Shown: positions 36,590 through 50,637, counted from the whole stretch's first letter. The stretch is 63,764 nt of DNA, filler included, from Octopus bimaculoides (GCF_001194135.2; 3 parts of 3 records of this genome joined end to end with filler, not necessarily neighbours in it), one strand, 5' to 3'. Notes: generated by a model from the sequence alone, not told the origin. Translations and numbers: made by a program.

Positions 36590-36870
36590 ATTGCCAGTGC
36601 TGCCTGACTGGCTCCTTGTGCCAGTGGCACGTAAAAAGCACCATCCGAATGTGGCCGATGCCAGTGCCATCTGACTGGCTCCCATGCTGGTGGCACATAA
36701 AAAGCATCCACTACACTCTCAGAGTGGTTGACATAAGGAAAGGCATGCAGCTGTAGAAACATTGCCAGATCAGATTGGAGACTGATGTGGCCTCCTGGCT
36801 TTCCAGTCCCCAGTCAAACCGTCCAACACATGCCAGCATAGAAAACAGACACTAAACAATGATGGTGATG
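36590..36870 (+). mobile_element. RTE 3' UTR/tail copy
   Basis: ggcacgtaaaaagcacc repeats and the ccactacactctcagagtggttg block. Confidence 0.8.
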
Positions 36871-37415
36871 ATAATATAAACTGATGTCACAGATATTCAA
36901 TTTCCCAGCTTCTGTATGGGTCAAGGTGGCACTATAACATATATAGTCATACATTGCCCCCCACTAGTATTGGAGTTATGAGCTGGTCGCCTTGATGCAG
37001 TGCTGGTTTAAATGCCTCACGGTTATTTGTTCAAACTCTCTGTACTCTGCATTTGAATCCTGATGGAATTAACTTTGCCTGTCTTTGTTTTGGGGTCATC
37101 CAAAGGAATGAAAAACAAAGCACCATTCCAGAGCATTTGACTGCTATCCCATCTGTCACACTAACAGTCCAAATGTTGGCATGATGGATGAGATGGTTTT
37201 GTGGTATCTATTCCAATTCCATACATTGAGGTCAAAAACCCACCAGAAAGCCATTCAATGAACCAACTGCTTCTCAGTGGATTAAAAGTGAGGAAAGAGA
37301 AAAGAGAAACACTGAACTCAAAAGAGTTTGTGTTCTTATTGAGTAAGAAGAATTGAAGTACATCAAATTTTCAGTTGTTAAATATGATTATAATGAATTA
37401 TGATGCGCTTAAAGC

Positions 37416-38070
37416 CAGACCTGGATTAACCATTATGCAAAATAAGCACTTGCTTAGGGCATCAAAGGAATGATGGGTACCACAGAAATGGTATATGGTT
37501 CACGGCACAAAGAAATCACTTTAAACTTGCTGGAATAATATTCAAAGTTGTTTGTATGATCGGGAATATAAATTTGAAGTGTTTATGGTTTCATAGTGAG
37601 GATCTGATCAAAGACTTTGCAATTGAAAAAAGTAGGAGAAATTTTTTAAAAATATAAATGAATTGAAAGTGCAAAAATATAAACATTATTTTCCATCTTA
37701 CTAAGGTGCTGAGCTGGCAGAATCATTAACCCACTGGGTGAAATGCTTAGCAACATTTCATCCTTCTTAATGTTCTGAGTTCAAATTGCACCGATGTCGA
37801 CTCCGCCTTTCATCCCTTTGGGGTCGATAAATTAAATGCCAGTGAACCACTGGGGTTGATGTAATCAACTAGTCTCCTCCCCCAAAATTTCAGACCTTGT
37901 GCCTATACTAGAAAGGATTATTTTCCATCTTACTATTAGTTTTGTTTAATTTTTGAAACGTAAAAATTTATTTTATAGTCTATTGTTGTTTATATTTTAA
38001 ATTACATATGTATGGGGGCACCAAATTCTTCTAAGTATTTAGGGCCTCTGTGACACTGAATCCAGCCCTG
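37416..38070. mobile_element. hAT (Tip100-like) MITE with a perfect 8-bp TSD and a SINE B inserted (37700-37910)
   Basis: TIRs cagacctggatt and aatccagccctg. TSD CTTAAAGC on both sides (37408-37415, 38071-38078). Confidence 0.8.
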
Positions 38071-38279
38071 CTTAAAGCAAAGACCATACAGCATCATGCA
38101 GTCTTTGATATATTATTCCTGAGGGTATTCTTGTTTGTATTCCTCATAGTTTGTTAGCTTTTGTTGAAGAGAAATTGGGAGACCAAAGAGGACACATAAT
38201 TCGTATGAGATCTAATATATTGTTTGTACAATAATGCTGTTGCTTCTCTATATTGACCAAATTGAGATCTAACATATTC

Positions 38280-39215
38280 TTTTCTACTCTAGGCACAAGG
38301 CCCGAAATTTTTGGGGAGGGAGCCAGTTGATTAGATCAACATCAATACGCAACCGGTACTTAATTTATCGATCCCAAAAGGATGAAAGGCAAAGTTGCCC
38401 TCGGCAGAAGAGATCTAATATATTGTTTGTACAATAATACTGTTGTTTCTCTGTGTTGACCAAATGCGTTACTTATCAGTGCTCTCTGTATATTGGTTTC
38501 AAATTTTGGCACAAGGCCAACAGTTTCAGGTGATAGGGTTAGTCAATTACATCAATCCCAGTGCATAACTGGTACTTATTTCATCAAACCTGAAGGGATG
38601 AAATACTAAGTTGACCTCAGCAGAATTTGAACTCAGAATGTTAAGTAGCAAGAAATGTTGCTAGGCATTTTTTCCAGCATGGTAACAACTGTGAAAGCAT
38701 GTTGCTTCTATATATTCATGTTTTTTTGAGGGGTTCTTTACTATTTCTTCTACATGTATTCCTCGAGAAATACTTCGAGTTTTGTCTTTTGTGTTAAGGG
38801 TGTAGTCTTTTATTTTTTTTATTCTTTTACTTGTTTCAATCATTTGACTGTTGCCATGCTGGAGCACCGTCTTCTTTTGAACAAATTGACCTCAGGATTT
38901 ATTCTTTGTAAGCCTAGTACTTATTCTATCTATCTCTTTTGCCAAAGCGCTAAGTTACAGGGATGTAGACACACCAACATCGATTGCTGAGCGATGGTGG
39001 TTTGGGGGGGACAAAAACAGACACACAAATACATACATACAGACACACACACACACACATATATATATGATAGGCTTCTTTCAGTTTCCATCTACCAAAG
39101 CCACTCACAAGGTTTTGGTTGTAAAAAAACACTTCCCTAAGGTGCTACGCAGTGGGACTGAACCTGGAACCATGTGGTTGCGAAGCAAGCTTCTTGCCAC
39201 ACAGCCACTCCTGCA
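38280..39215 (-). mobile_element. SINE B (38280-38408, 38490-38690) and SINE A (38815-39215) copies
   Basis: Family blocks as above. Confidence 0.8.
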
Positions 39216-39239
39216 CCTCTGTGGACTTGGCTTTAATGT

Positions 39240-40070
39240 CACTTCTTTCTTCTGACCCCTTGCAAAGATAACACCTTGGGGCCTGTTTGGGTTGGTTTTT
39301 GAGTAAAATGAATAAAACAATGCCCTAGTTTGGAGCTGAAGTTTTTGGCTGCTTAGTATAATGTTTACGAATGTGGGGGGGTTAAGCTGAGATGTCAGGA
39401 TAGTATGGTGAGAAAGATGTGGTTGAGATGTCTTCTTTCTTTGAGGCTTTCTTTCATGGAGATTTGAGAAAGGTCATTTATGTAGAAGTTAAGAAATGTT
39501 GGTGAGGATAGATATCCCTTTCAGGAAGTTGCAGATTGTAGATAAGCTTGCCAAAGCGACAGACAGTTCACTAGCCAGTGTTTTGGCTTGTTTCTTAAGG
39601 ACTTGTTGAGTATTGTGTGTATAAAAGGGTATTAGGAAATGGTTGATGTAATGGTATATGCGAGATTTTTGTTGTTGTCGTTGTTGAAACCATTAAGTAT
39701 TTCTTGTATAAGGCTTGAAGTAGTAATACAGTGGTTGAATGTAGCAAGCTGTGATTTAGAGGAGAGAGTGTGTGAAGTTGTAATATGAGCTTTTCTAAAA
39801 TGTTTGATGGGTTTCAATGATAGTACTTCACTTAAGCTTTTGTTGGACTTCAAAAAATTATGCGAAGTGCTGACCTTATTTACATAGCAGTGTAAAACTA
39901 GCCCCTCACATTAATTGATAGGATTACTGACGCAACATGTTTTAACAGTAGTATTTACTAAGTTCTCTCAGACGTTAGGAGGAAGTAAACACATCCTGAC
40001 AATGCTTTAACCAAATGGAAACTAGAGTTTATGATCACCTTTCCTGGTTGATAATATATGATATCCCTGT
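39240..40070 (-). mobile_element. Degenerate Jockey/I-like LINE RT fragment
   Basis: KSNKSLSEVLSLKPIK..HITTSHTLS..HCITTSSLIQEILNGFN, then degenerate QG.ILSP..N.Y.NDL-like sequence, in RT motif order. Confidence 0.55.
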
Positions 40071-40172
40071 GGATTAATGACAGCATCTAGTTTCACAACT
40101 CGGTTAGATATCCAGTGTAATTTAGAAGAGCTTTTAGAATTTAAATAATACATGAATTACTATTTCTTTGTT

Positions 40173-40208
<36 letters not shown>

Positions 40209-41699
40209 AATAATAGGGGTGAAAAATTGAATATTAATTTGATTAATATCAATTTAAAACCAGTGGCCTAGTAAATTGAAAAGTCTGAAGATTACATATA
40301 TATAAGAGGGCTGACCACTAAGTGGACAATCATTTTGCTAGAAGACCACCTATGATGGTCTGACCACTAAGAAAAGATTGTTCTTAAGAAAATTCAGCAA
40401 ACACCAGAATGTAAGCTTATGTTCTGGTGCCTGCTGAATTTTCTTGAGAACAATCTTTTCTTAGTGGTCANNNNNNNNNNNNNNNNNNNNNNNNNNNNNN
40501 NNNNNNNNNNNNNNNNNNNNNNNNNNNNNNNNNNNNNNNNNNNNNNNNNNNNNNNNNNNNNNNNNNNNNNNNNNNNNNNNNNNNNNNNNNNNNNNNNNNN
40601 NNNNNNNNNNNNNNNNNNNNNNNNNNNNNNNNNNNNNNNNNNNNNNNNNNNNNNNNNNNNNNNNNNNNNNNNNNNNNNNNNNNNNNNNNNNNNNNNNNNN
40701 NNNNNNNNNNNNNNNNNNNNNNNNNNNNNNNNNNNNNNNNNNNNNNNNNNNNNNNNNNNNNNNNNNNNNNNNNNNNNNNNNNNNNNNNNNNNNNNNNNNN
40801 NNNNNNNNNNNNNNNNNNNNNNNNNNNNNNNNNNNNNNNNNNNNNNNNNNNNNNNNNNNNNNNNNNNNNNNNNNNNNNNNNNNNNNNNNNNNNNNNNNNN
40901 NNNNNNNNNNNNNNNNNNNNNNNNNNNNNNNNNNNNNNNNNNNNNNNNNNNNNNNNNNNNNNNNNNNNNNNNNNNNNNNNNNNNNNNNNNNNNNNNNNNN
41001 NNNNNNNNNNNNNNNNNNNNNNNNNNNNNNNNNNNNNNNNNNNNNNNNNNNNNNNNNNNNNNNNNNNNNNNNNNNNNNNNNNNNNNNNNNNNNNNNNNNN
41101 NNNNNNNNNNNNNNNNNNNNNNNNNNNNNNNNNNNNNACAGTTAACTCAACTGCCTGATGTACTCTGGTGTCTGGCAGTGTGAATGGCAGGAGAGTAAAC
41201 CAGCTTCCCTGGAATCCCTGGACCATGGTAGTCAGCAAGGGGACTGGGGTCAGGAGGAGATTAACTGAATACAGTATATAGATGGGTAAAACTGTAGTAA
41301 GGAAGTGAGGGGGGGGGGTCATTTGTTAGCTGATTTATGTGACTGCCAAAGAGACTTCTGAATCATCTTGTAGGGTTATGAAACACAGGCTTCTTATTGT
41401 TTTCACACTCAGTATTAGAAAGACTGTATTGGTGTTTCAGTTAATGCACTCAGTCCTGTTTTGTACCACTTTGTAAATGAGATCATGTTTAACTTGATTA
41501 CATTTAGACTTTCCATGAATTAGTGTTACAACATTCACTTGGCTGCTAAGAGGAAATAAGCACTTCAATGAAAGTTGATCCAATCATCGTTTCTCAGAAC
41601 TGAAATCTCTGTGGTTTAATCACAAAGCCTATTTTCTCAGTGAAGTAAAAGAAATATCTGTTATACTTCTGTTCACAAAGTCCATCCTTTTTTAATGTT

Positions 41700-42600
41700 T
41701 AATTTCCCACTTTGCATCTACATGTCTTGGGTACATCTTCTTCAGCACAGCATTTCCCCATTTATTATACAATCCCTTGTCCATTTTCTTCACAAGGTGA
41801 AGCATCCTCAAATCCCCACTTCCTCTGTGTCTTCTTTGGTTTTCTTCTTCTGCTAACTGCTTCTGCTTGGATTGCTCAGTGCTTCTTCACCCAATTTTTC
41901 TCCTTCATATTTGCAGCATATCTGTTCTAGCTAAATTTTCTCTTTTGTGCTCTACAATTAATACCTCTTAAAAACAGTTTTCTTTTTTTTTTTCCTCTCA
42001 GCATATTTGTGCTGCTCTATATTTCATGCATTCTAGTATCACACATCCAGTGAAGCATACTATTGCACTTTGTATTCAGTAATCATAGAATCTGCCTTTC
42101 CCTCAATGTGAGAATCCCTTTGTTGTCATAGCTCCTTGAACCATTTTTTCAAGCCATCCTTACTCTGGCAACTACGCTTTCACAATGTCCACTTCCACAA
42201 CCGATTAGGTCATCCAGTTATTAGAAATTGTCTCCTACTTTAGCGAAGCCTTCCAGGCATTTGAAAACAATCTGTTTTATGACTACTTTTACAGCTAACT
42301 ACTCCTGCGTATTTACTATATAAGAAGTCCTTCTCTAACAGCCTGCTTCTGGTCTCACTGCATTTCTTTTGCACCCATTGTTAATATTCAGTATATAGTA
42401 TAGAATTCTTAACTACTTCTTTTGGACATGTCAAGCAAAGTAAGGTCACTTTCCAGATGGCAGTAGAGGGTTTTTCTCTCTTTTTTTTGCTAGGTTTACT
42501 TTCAGATATCTTGATTCTGGCTCTGCTTCCATATTTGGAAACTTTCCCTTTAGTTCTTCGATTGATTCAGTCATGAGAACTAACTTGTCAGTACACAGAA
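41700..42600 (-). mobile_element. Old RTE RT fragment
   Basis: MTTKGFSH*GKGRFYD aligns with LATKGLSLRVKGRLYD in the younger copy at 49340-49587. Confidence 0.6.
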
Positions 42601-43294
42601 GTCACTGGTGAGCCACTCTTGAATTCTTTCATTATGATCTGGAGAACTACACATGCACACACACACACACACACAGACACACACACACGCATACATGCCT
42701 ATGTGCGTGTAGATGTGTATATAAACACACACAGGCACACATGCATATATGCATATGTGTAAGTACATATATAAACACGTGCATCTCATTCCCACTCTGT
42801 AGCATCATACTTTTGCCATCTCCATCCAACCATTCAGTAGCAGACTGGGTCTAAAAATATTGGTTGCCAGGAGACTAAGGGGGCCCACATGCAACAACAA
42901 GGGGTCGATAAATGCACATCTGCTTAATTACTATTATTATTTATTTATTTTCTTGTACATGCCTGGGGGTGGGGTCAAGGATGCATGAAGGGGTCGATGG
43001 TTTAAAAAGTTTGGGGACCCCTGAAATCTAAAGTCATGTGATAGAAAAAAAGGGGAAGAAAGACAGGGAAGAAGGAAAGAAGGAAAAAAATGAAAAAAGA
43101 AAACAAGGAAAATAAAACAGGTAAAAAGAAAGAAAATTCACAGTGACAATGCACTTCTCAATACATGTGACAAACCAGTTGAGACAATCTTTTGCACTTC
43201 CTGCATGGATCAGGGTTCAAACAGGTATGAATGTATGTTTGATATGGTGCTTATTTGATGGCACAATCCCACATGAGTTGTCAATAGTCAATAA

Positions 43295-43639
43295 TAGGCG
43301 CAGGAGTGGCTGTGTGGTAAGTAGCTTGCTTACCAACCACATGGTTCCAGGTTCAGTCCCACTGCATGGCACCTTGGGCAAGTGTCTTCTACTGTAGCCT
43401 CGGGCCGACCAAAGCCTTGTGAGTGGATTTGGTAGACGGAAACTGAAAGAAGCCTGTCGTATATATGTATATGTATATGTATATATATATGTGTGTGTGT
43501 GTATGTTTGTGTGTCTGTCTCCGCCAACATTGCTTGACAACCGATGCTGGTGTGTTTACGTCCCCGTAACTTAGCAGTTCGACAAAAGAGACCAATAGAA
43601 TAAGTACTAGACTTACAAAGAATAAGTCCTGGGGTCGAC
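43295..43639 (+). mobile_element. SINE A copy running into a gap
   Basis: Near-consensus head and body. Confidence 0.85.
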
Positions 43640-45699
43640 NNNNNNNNNNNNNNNNNNNNNNNNNNNNNNNNNNNNNNNNNNNNNNNNNNNNNNNNNNNNN
43701 NNNNNNNNNNNNNNNNNNNNNNNNNNNNNNNNNNNNNNNNNNNNNNNNNNNNNNNNNNNNNNNNNNNNNNNNNNNNNNNNNNNNNNNNNNNNNNNNNNNN
43801 NNNNNNNNNNNNNNNNNNNNNNNNNNNNNNNNNNNNNNNNNNNNNNNNNNNNNNNNNNNNNNNNNNNNNNNNNNNNNNNNNNNNNNNNNNNNNNNNNNNN
43901 NNNNNNNNNNNNNNNNNNNNNNNNNNNNNNNNNNNNNNNNNNNNNNNNNNNNNNNNNNNNNNNNNNNNNNNNNNNNNNNNNNNNNNNNNNNNNNNNNNNN
44001 NNNNNNNNNNNNNNNNNNNNNNNNNNNNNNNNNNNNNNNNNNNNNNNNNNNNNNNNNNNNNNNNNNNNNNNNNNNNNNNNNNNNNNNNNNNNNNNNNNNN
44101 NNNNNNNNNNNNNNNNNNNNNNNNNNNNNNNNNNNNNNNNNNNNNNNNNNNNNNNNNNNNNNNNNNNNNNNNNNNNNNNNNNNNNNNNNNNNNNNNNNNN
44201 NNNNNNNNNNNNNNNNNNNNNNNNNNNNNNNNNNNNNNNNNNNNNNNNNNNNNNNNNNNNNNNNNNNNNNNNNNNNNNNNNNNNNNNNNNNNNNNNNNNN
44301 NNNNNNNNNNNNNNNNNNNNNNNNNNNNNNNNNNNNNNNNNNNNNNNNNNNNNNNNNNNNNNNNNNNNNNNNNNNNNNNNNNNNNNNNNNNNNNNNNNNN
44401 NNNNNNNNNNNNNNNNNNNNNNNNNNNNNNNNNNNNNNNNNNNNNNNNNNNNNNNNNNNNNNNNNNNNNNNNNNNNNNNNNNNNNNNNNNNNNNNNNNNN
44501 NNNNNNNNNNNNNNNNNNNNNNNNNNNNNNNNNNNNNNNNNNNNNNNNNNNNNNNNNNNNNGTGTCTAATTAGCATCTATTTCCAATTCTGGCATCCAGT
44601 TTCTACTGATTTATCTGTACAAATACAAGCATGACTTAATGAAAGTAAAATAAATGAAATTGGATTTTATTGGAAAATTTTGAAATTTCTCAAATCATAT
44701 TTCTCTTTATTAGAATTTTAAAATTTCATTTTTTTTTTTTTTTTCTCGTTTTGTTTAACAACCAGTGATTTAGCTTGACGATGTGAATTCCTTTCCAGCT
44801 AAGGAGAATACCAAACTATAAATTACAAAGGATTATTAACGTTCGTAAACAAAAGCAAATATTTGAATACTCTTCACAGACACAAATACACACACACACA
44901 CACACACACACATGCTGAGTTGTGTAAATAAATAAAATATCTTAAACTATCTTTCTTCATTACTATATAAGTATAAATAAAACTGAAGTGTTTACTTCAA
45001 ATGTGCACAATGATATAAATTAATGCTAATATTTGCTAGGAAAATCTACAAAGAAAAAGTAGAGTGCCTTTACTTTTATTGGAAGACAGGCTGTCTATTA
45101 TTTTTATAATTATAAATTAGTAAATAAACCATGGGAAATATGTAGACTTTATGCTATTAGCTTAATAACAAAAGATATTTTTGTATTTGGTTACAGAAGT
45201 GAGGAAATGCATGGGAACAAAATACTTCTTCCTTTTTATAGCAACAAAGATTAAAAAATTGTATACAAATTTGCCCAAGTAAAAGTATTTTTGTTTTGGC
45301 ACCCTTACTTTGAGTGAGAAGAGAATGTGAAATATTTTCTAAAAATTAAAACATTTTCAACCTTCTCACATGACAGTTAGTGGGGAAGACGTGGAAAGAA
45401 AGTTGTTGCTTTACACCGACAGCTGTTAATCCCCACAGCAAGCAATACTGCAAATAAACACATCTACAGTAATTAATGATGCAGTATTGAACTGAACATA
45501 TATCAATAATTATCACACACACACACAGATCTTATGTAACTTAAAATTATTTTCTGTAGCAATAATACCTCAAGGAACTGACAGCATATCACAATTACTA
45601 TATATACACACATACATCAAGTGTTAAATAAATACCACATTGTTGAGTTTACTGTAATATATTTTTGTGCACTATACTAATATATATATATATATATAT

Positions 45700-45876
45700 A
45701 CTAGTATATGGGTTTTTTCTCTCCTTTTTTTTCTCTCTTTGTTTCTTTCTGCGTTCCTTTCTGTGGAAGAGCGTAGGCTCGAAACATTAAAGACTTTTTC
45801 AATTCCTGAGTGTTATACTAATACATCTATTTTTCTACACCACCTGTCTTCATCTGTTTTTTTTTTGTGAATTCTC

Positions 45877-45880
<4 letters not shown>
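45700..45880 (+). mobile_element. PLE-type tail repeat, family F
   Basis: ttcctttctgtggaagagcgtaggctcgaaacattaaagactttttc...ctaatacatct. Confidence 0.65.
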
Positions 45881-45922
<42 letters not shown>

Positions 45923-45978
45923 NNNNNNNNNNNNNNNNNNNNNNNNNNNNNNNNNNNNNNNNNNNNNNNNNATATATA

Positions 45979-47239
45979 TAAATGTCCGATTTTCTTAAAC
46001 ACCAAGTTTGACGGTCATTAACTCTAATGTTTTGTCCTGACGATTCTTTGTTTTACAACATTGAAGAGTTACATCATCACTTTTCGAAATGCAATTCATG
46101 GTGTCTGATTATATTGTGAGTTTTCTCTGGTAAATCAGTTTTTGTGAACCCGTGGATAGATCAAGAATTCATGTTGTTTATGAATATGAGTTCTGTCATG
46201 GAACCAATGTATTCCAGACAACTTGAAACATCAATAAAGTGTTTGGTGAAGATATGGCGAATGAGCACACTGTACATCAATGGTTTAAGAAGTTCCTGTC
46301 TGGTGACTTTACTCTTGAAAATCAGCCCCATGGTAGACCTGAGACCAAGGTGGATGACGATGAGCTGGAAACTGTAGTGGAAGCAGATACATCTCAAACT
46401 ACATGTGAATTAGCAGCAAAGTTTCATGTTTTGATTCCAACTGTATTTGACCATCTGAAACAAATCGACTAGGTAAAGAAGCTGGACAAATGGGTACCAC
46501 ATGAACTGAATGAGCATTAAATGATACGTCATCTTGAAATTTGCTGTTCTTTGCTGTTATGGCATAAAAGCGAACCATTTTTGCATCATGTGATGAAAAG
46601 TGGCTTCTTTTCAATGATGGGAAGCATTCTGCACATTGGCTGGATAGAGATGAAGTGCAAGAACACAATCCTAACAAGAATATTCACCAAAAAAAGCTAA
46701 TGGTGTCAGTTTGGTGGTCCAGCACTGGTGTCATCCACTACAGCTTTATGAGACCTGGTAAATGAATTACAGCGGATGTATACATCAGCCAATTGGATGA
46801 AATGATGAGTGAAATTGCAATCAAACAACTCAGATTGGTCAATAGAGACAGGTCAATTCCCTTGCAAGACAATGCTCGACCACATGTTGCACAAAGAACG
46901 CCACTCAAGTTACAGGAACTGAACTTGGGAGTGCTCTGTCATCCACCATATTCACCAGACCTTGCACCAACTGACTATCATGTTTTCCAGACATTAGACA
47001 AATTTTTGCAAGGAAAAAATTTGAAATCTGAAGAAGATGCAAAAACAGCCTTTCATGATTTCATCACCTCTTGCACTCCAGAATTCTTCACTGCTGGCAT
47101 AAATAAGCTCCTGATAGAATGGTAAAAATTGTATTGATGATTTAGGTGCATACTTTGATTAACTGCATTTCTTTTCGTTGAGATAAGGTAAAATAACTTT
47201 CAATTCAAAATCAAACATTTCATTCTTCATGATCTGATA
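45979..47239 (+). pseudogene. Mariner (DD34D) transposon, disabled transposase
   Basis: QWFKKFLSGDFTLENQPHGRP, KWVPHEL, DEKW, HQKKLMVSVWW, LQDNARPHVA and HPPYSPDLAPTDYHVF. The 3' TIR ends ...catgatctga|TA. The inner 5' TIR aaatgtccgatttt abuts the gap. Confidence 0.9.
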
Positions 47240-47474
47240 CATTCTGATAAATTGTGACTGTCACATTTTGTCAGAATGTGTGTATATCTGAATAAATATT
47301 GCCTACATTATGTTGTATATATTTTCTACATAGCAGTATGTAGTCAACGTATCATATCTTTAAGTATTTATGTTGTACACCCATCTTTCTGTGGCATGAA
47401 AACTGCACAAAATCTACTTTGAAAATTCAAAGAATTTTATCATCATTGTCATCAACAACAACAGCAGCAATAAT

Positions 47475-47515
<41 letters not shown>

Positions 47516-47904
47516 GCAATAGTAACAATAACAACTACATATATATACATATATATATATGCATATTAACTTCCATATATATTCTATATATATATATATA
47601 GGTAAGTTAATTTTTGCGAACAGGTATTATGTTGACATTTACTAATTATTGCGCATACAGGCATTGTAATAACTTGACAAGGTCATGTGATATGCTTAAA
47701 TCTTTGTATGACATGAAGAACATATTTATTCCTCCAGACATTCTGCCAAGGGTATACCATAACTAACATTCACATGAAGTCCACTTTGGCATATACAATT
47801 TGCTGTGTATGCATGCACAACATGCATTTCACAAGAAGCCAGCAGTCATTACTTTAGATTGAAATCATGATGACATGTCAGTTCTATTAACTCTCTTTCC
47901 TTTA

Positions 47905-48360
<456 letters not shown>

Positions 48361-49587
48361 TCATCATCATCATCATTATCGTTTAACGTCCGCTTTCCAT
48401 GCTAGCATGGGTTGGACGATTTGACTGAGGACTGGTGAAACCGGATGGCAACACCAGGCTCCAATCTAATTTGGCAGAGTTTCTACAGCTGGATGCCCTT
48501 CCTAATGCCAACCACTCAAAGAGTGTAGTGGGTGCTTTTACGTGTCACCCGCACGAAAACGGCCACGCTCGAAATGGTGTCTTTTATGTGCCACCCGCAC
48601 AAGCCNNNNNNNNNNNNNNNNNNNNNNNNNNNNNNNNNNNNNNNNNNNNNNNNNNNNNNNNNNNNNNNNNNNNNNNNNNNNNNNNNNNNNNNNNNNNNNN
48701 NNNNNNNNNNNNNNNNNNNNNNNNNNNNNNNNNNNNNNNNNNNNNNNNNNNNNNNNNNNNNNNNNNNNNNNNNNNNNNNNNNNNNNNNNNNNNNNNNNNN
48801 NNNNNNNNNNNNNNNNNNNNNNNNNNNNNNNNNNNNNNNNNNNNNNNNNNNNNNNNNNNNNNNNNNNNNNNNNNNNNNNNNNNNNNNNNNNNNNNNNNNN
48901 NNNNNNNNNNNNNNNNNNNNNNNNNNNNNNNNNNNNNNNNNNNNNNNNNNNNNNNNNNNNNNNNNNNNNNNNNNNNNNNNNNNNNNNNNNNNNNNNNNNN
49001 NNNNNNNNNNNNNNNNNNNNNNNNNNNNNNNNNNNNNNNNNNNNNNNNNNNNNNNNNNNNNNNNNNNNNNNNNNNNNNNNNNNNNNNNNNNNNNNNNNNN
49101 NNNNNNNNNNNNNNNNNNNNNNNNNNNNNNNNNNNNNNNNNNNNNNNNNNNNNNNNNNNNNNNNNNNNNNNNNNNNNNNNNNNNNNNNNNNNNNNNNNNN
49201 NNNNNNNNNNNNNNNNNNNNNNNNNNNNNNNNNNNNNNNNNNNNNNNNNNNNNNNNNNNNNNNNNNNNNNNNNNNNNNNNNNNNNNNNNNNNNNNNNNNN
49301 NNNNNNNNNNNNNNNNNNNNNNNNNNNNNNNNNNNNNNNGTACGCATGCGTCATACAGTCTGCCTTTTACTCTGAGTGAGAGTCCCTTTGTCGCCAGCAG
49401 GGGTAAGAGCTCTCTAAACTTTGCCCAGGCTATTCTTATTCTAGCAGCTACACTTTCAGCGCACCCACCCCCACTACTAACTTGGTCGCCCAGATAGCGG
49501 AAGCTATCGACTACCTCTAGTTTTTCACCCTGGAATGAGATAGAAGTTGTTTCCTGTTTGTTTACAGTCTTTATTGCACCTGAACAT
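48361..49587 (-). mobile_element. Young 5'-truncated RTE LINE (middle hidden in a gap)
   Basis: Tail and 3' UTR at 48361-48605. Uninterrupted RT piece CSGAIKT...VVDSFRYLGDQVSSGGGCAESVAARIRIAWAKFRELLPLLATKGLSLRVKGRLYDACV at 49340-49587. Confidence 0.9.
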
Positions 49588-49596
49588 GTATATGTA

Positions 49597-49630
<34 letters not shown>

Positions 49631-50637
49631 TATCTGAAAGATACTTACCTGACTTCTTCTTCAACAGCAGAAACATTTTCTGCAGCTTTTCAGCACATTT
49701 TGCTGAGAACCAGCTCGTCTGCATGCAATGAATCCAAGAACATTTAGTGTTGGACTAATTTGTCATTGGTTTAAGGAATATAATGAAGTATGTGTCACAA
49801 ACAGGGGAGACAGGATGACTGCCATTTTTGGCTATACCAACAGCATAATGTAGTGCTGTTAATAAGAGTGAGCGAGTGAGGGATGAATGAAGTGTGTGGG
49901 TGCAAGAAGAAAGAGCAAATGGGGTGAGTTATGGGCGAAAAGGACTTGGATGACATTGATATGGATGAGTGATGGAGATGTGTGATGCTAGGGACCAGAG
50001 ATAGCAATCATTCACGTTCGTCAATGTGGCATAACTACAGAGTTGTACCCACCGACTTTGGAAGGTCATAACTTTCAGAAAAATGAATATTTTTTAATGA
50101 AATTTTCTATGCATATATTATTTATTATGTAGATTCCGAATATACAAAAATATACATAGGTGATGTAGGTATTAGAGGGGTGAGAGGCTATCAAAGAGGT
50201 CAAACGATGTAGACTAGATGGCAGACAGACATGCTTACTCACCTGCACACAGGTACATATATGCGTATAATACCTAGCAATTCATACCTGTATGTATGGA
50301 CATAAGCTAAAATTAGAAATTGGACACACAAAAAATTAGTATTCAAAGTAATCGAACATAAACAATGATGTGAATTATTTCCCTTGAGTGTTTAAAAAAA
50401 ATATTGTACAGGTGCTATGGGTTATTTTCCTTGGGTATTTAAAAAAAATTAGTTATATGAGGTAGATATATAGACCCCTTCCAGGGGCCGTATTATAAAT
50501 TTTTTCAACAATCTAAGTATGTCACAAGGTTTCCAGACATGAGTTCTACTCTCATGTCAAATTTTATCAAAACTAATAAAACGATGTAGGAGGAGTTAGC
50601 TATCAACGCCACAAACAAACACACCAATTTTCCACAT

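Noticed and set aside
44560-44616. Minus-strand acceptor with the short frame DKSVETGCQNWK*
   Set aside because: It is isolated, abuts a gap, and has no supporting upstream exon.
49649-49760. Strong minus-strand donor CAG|GTAAGT
   Set aside because: No convincing acceptor or open frame, and it sits among degenerate LINE sequence.
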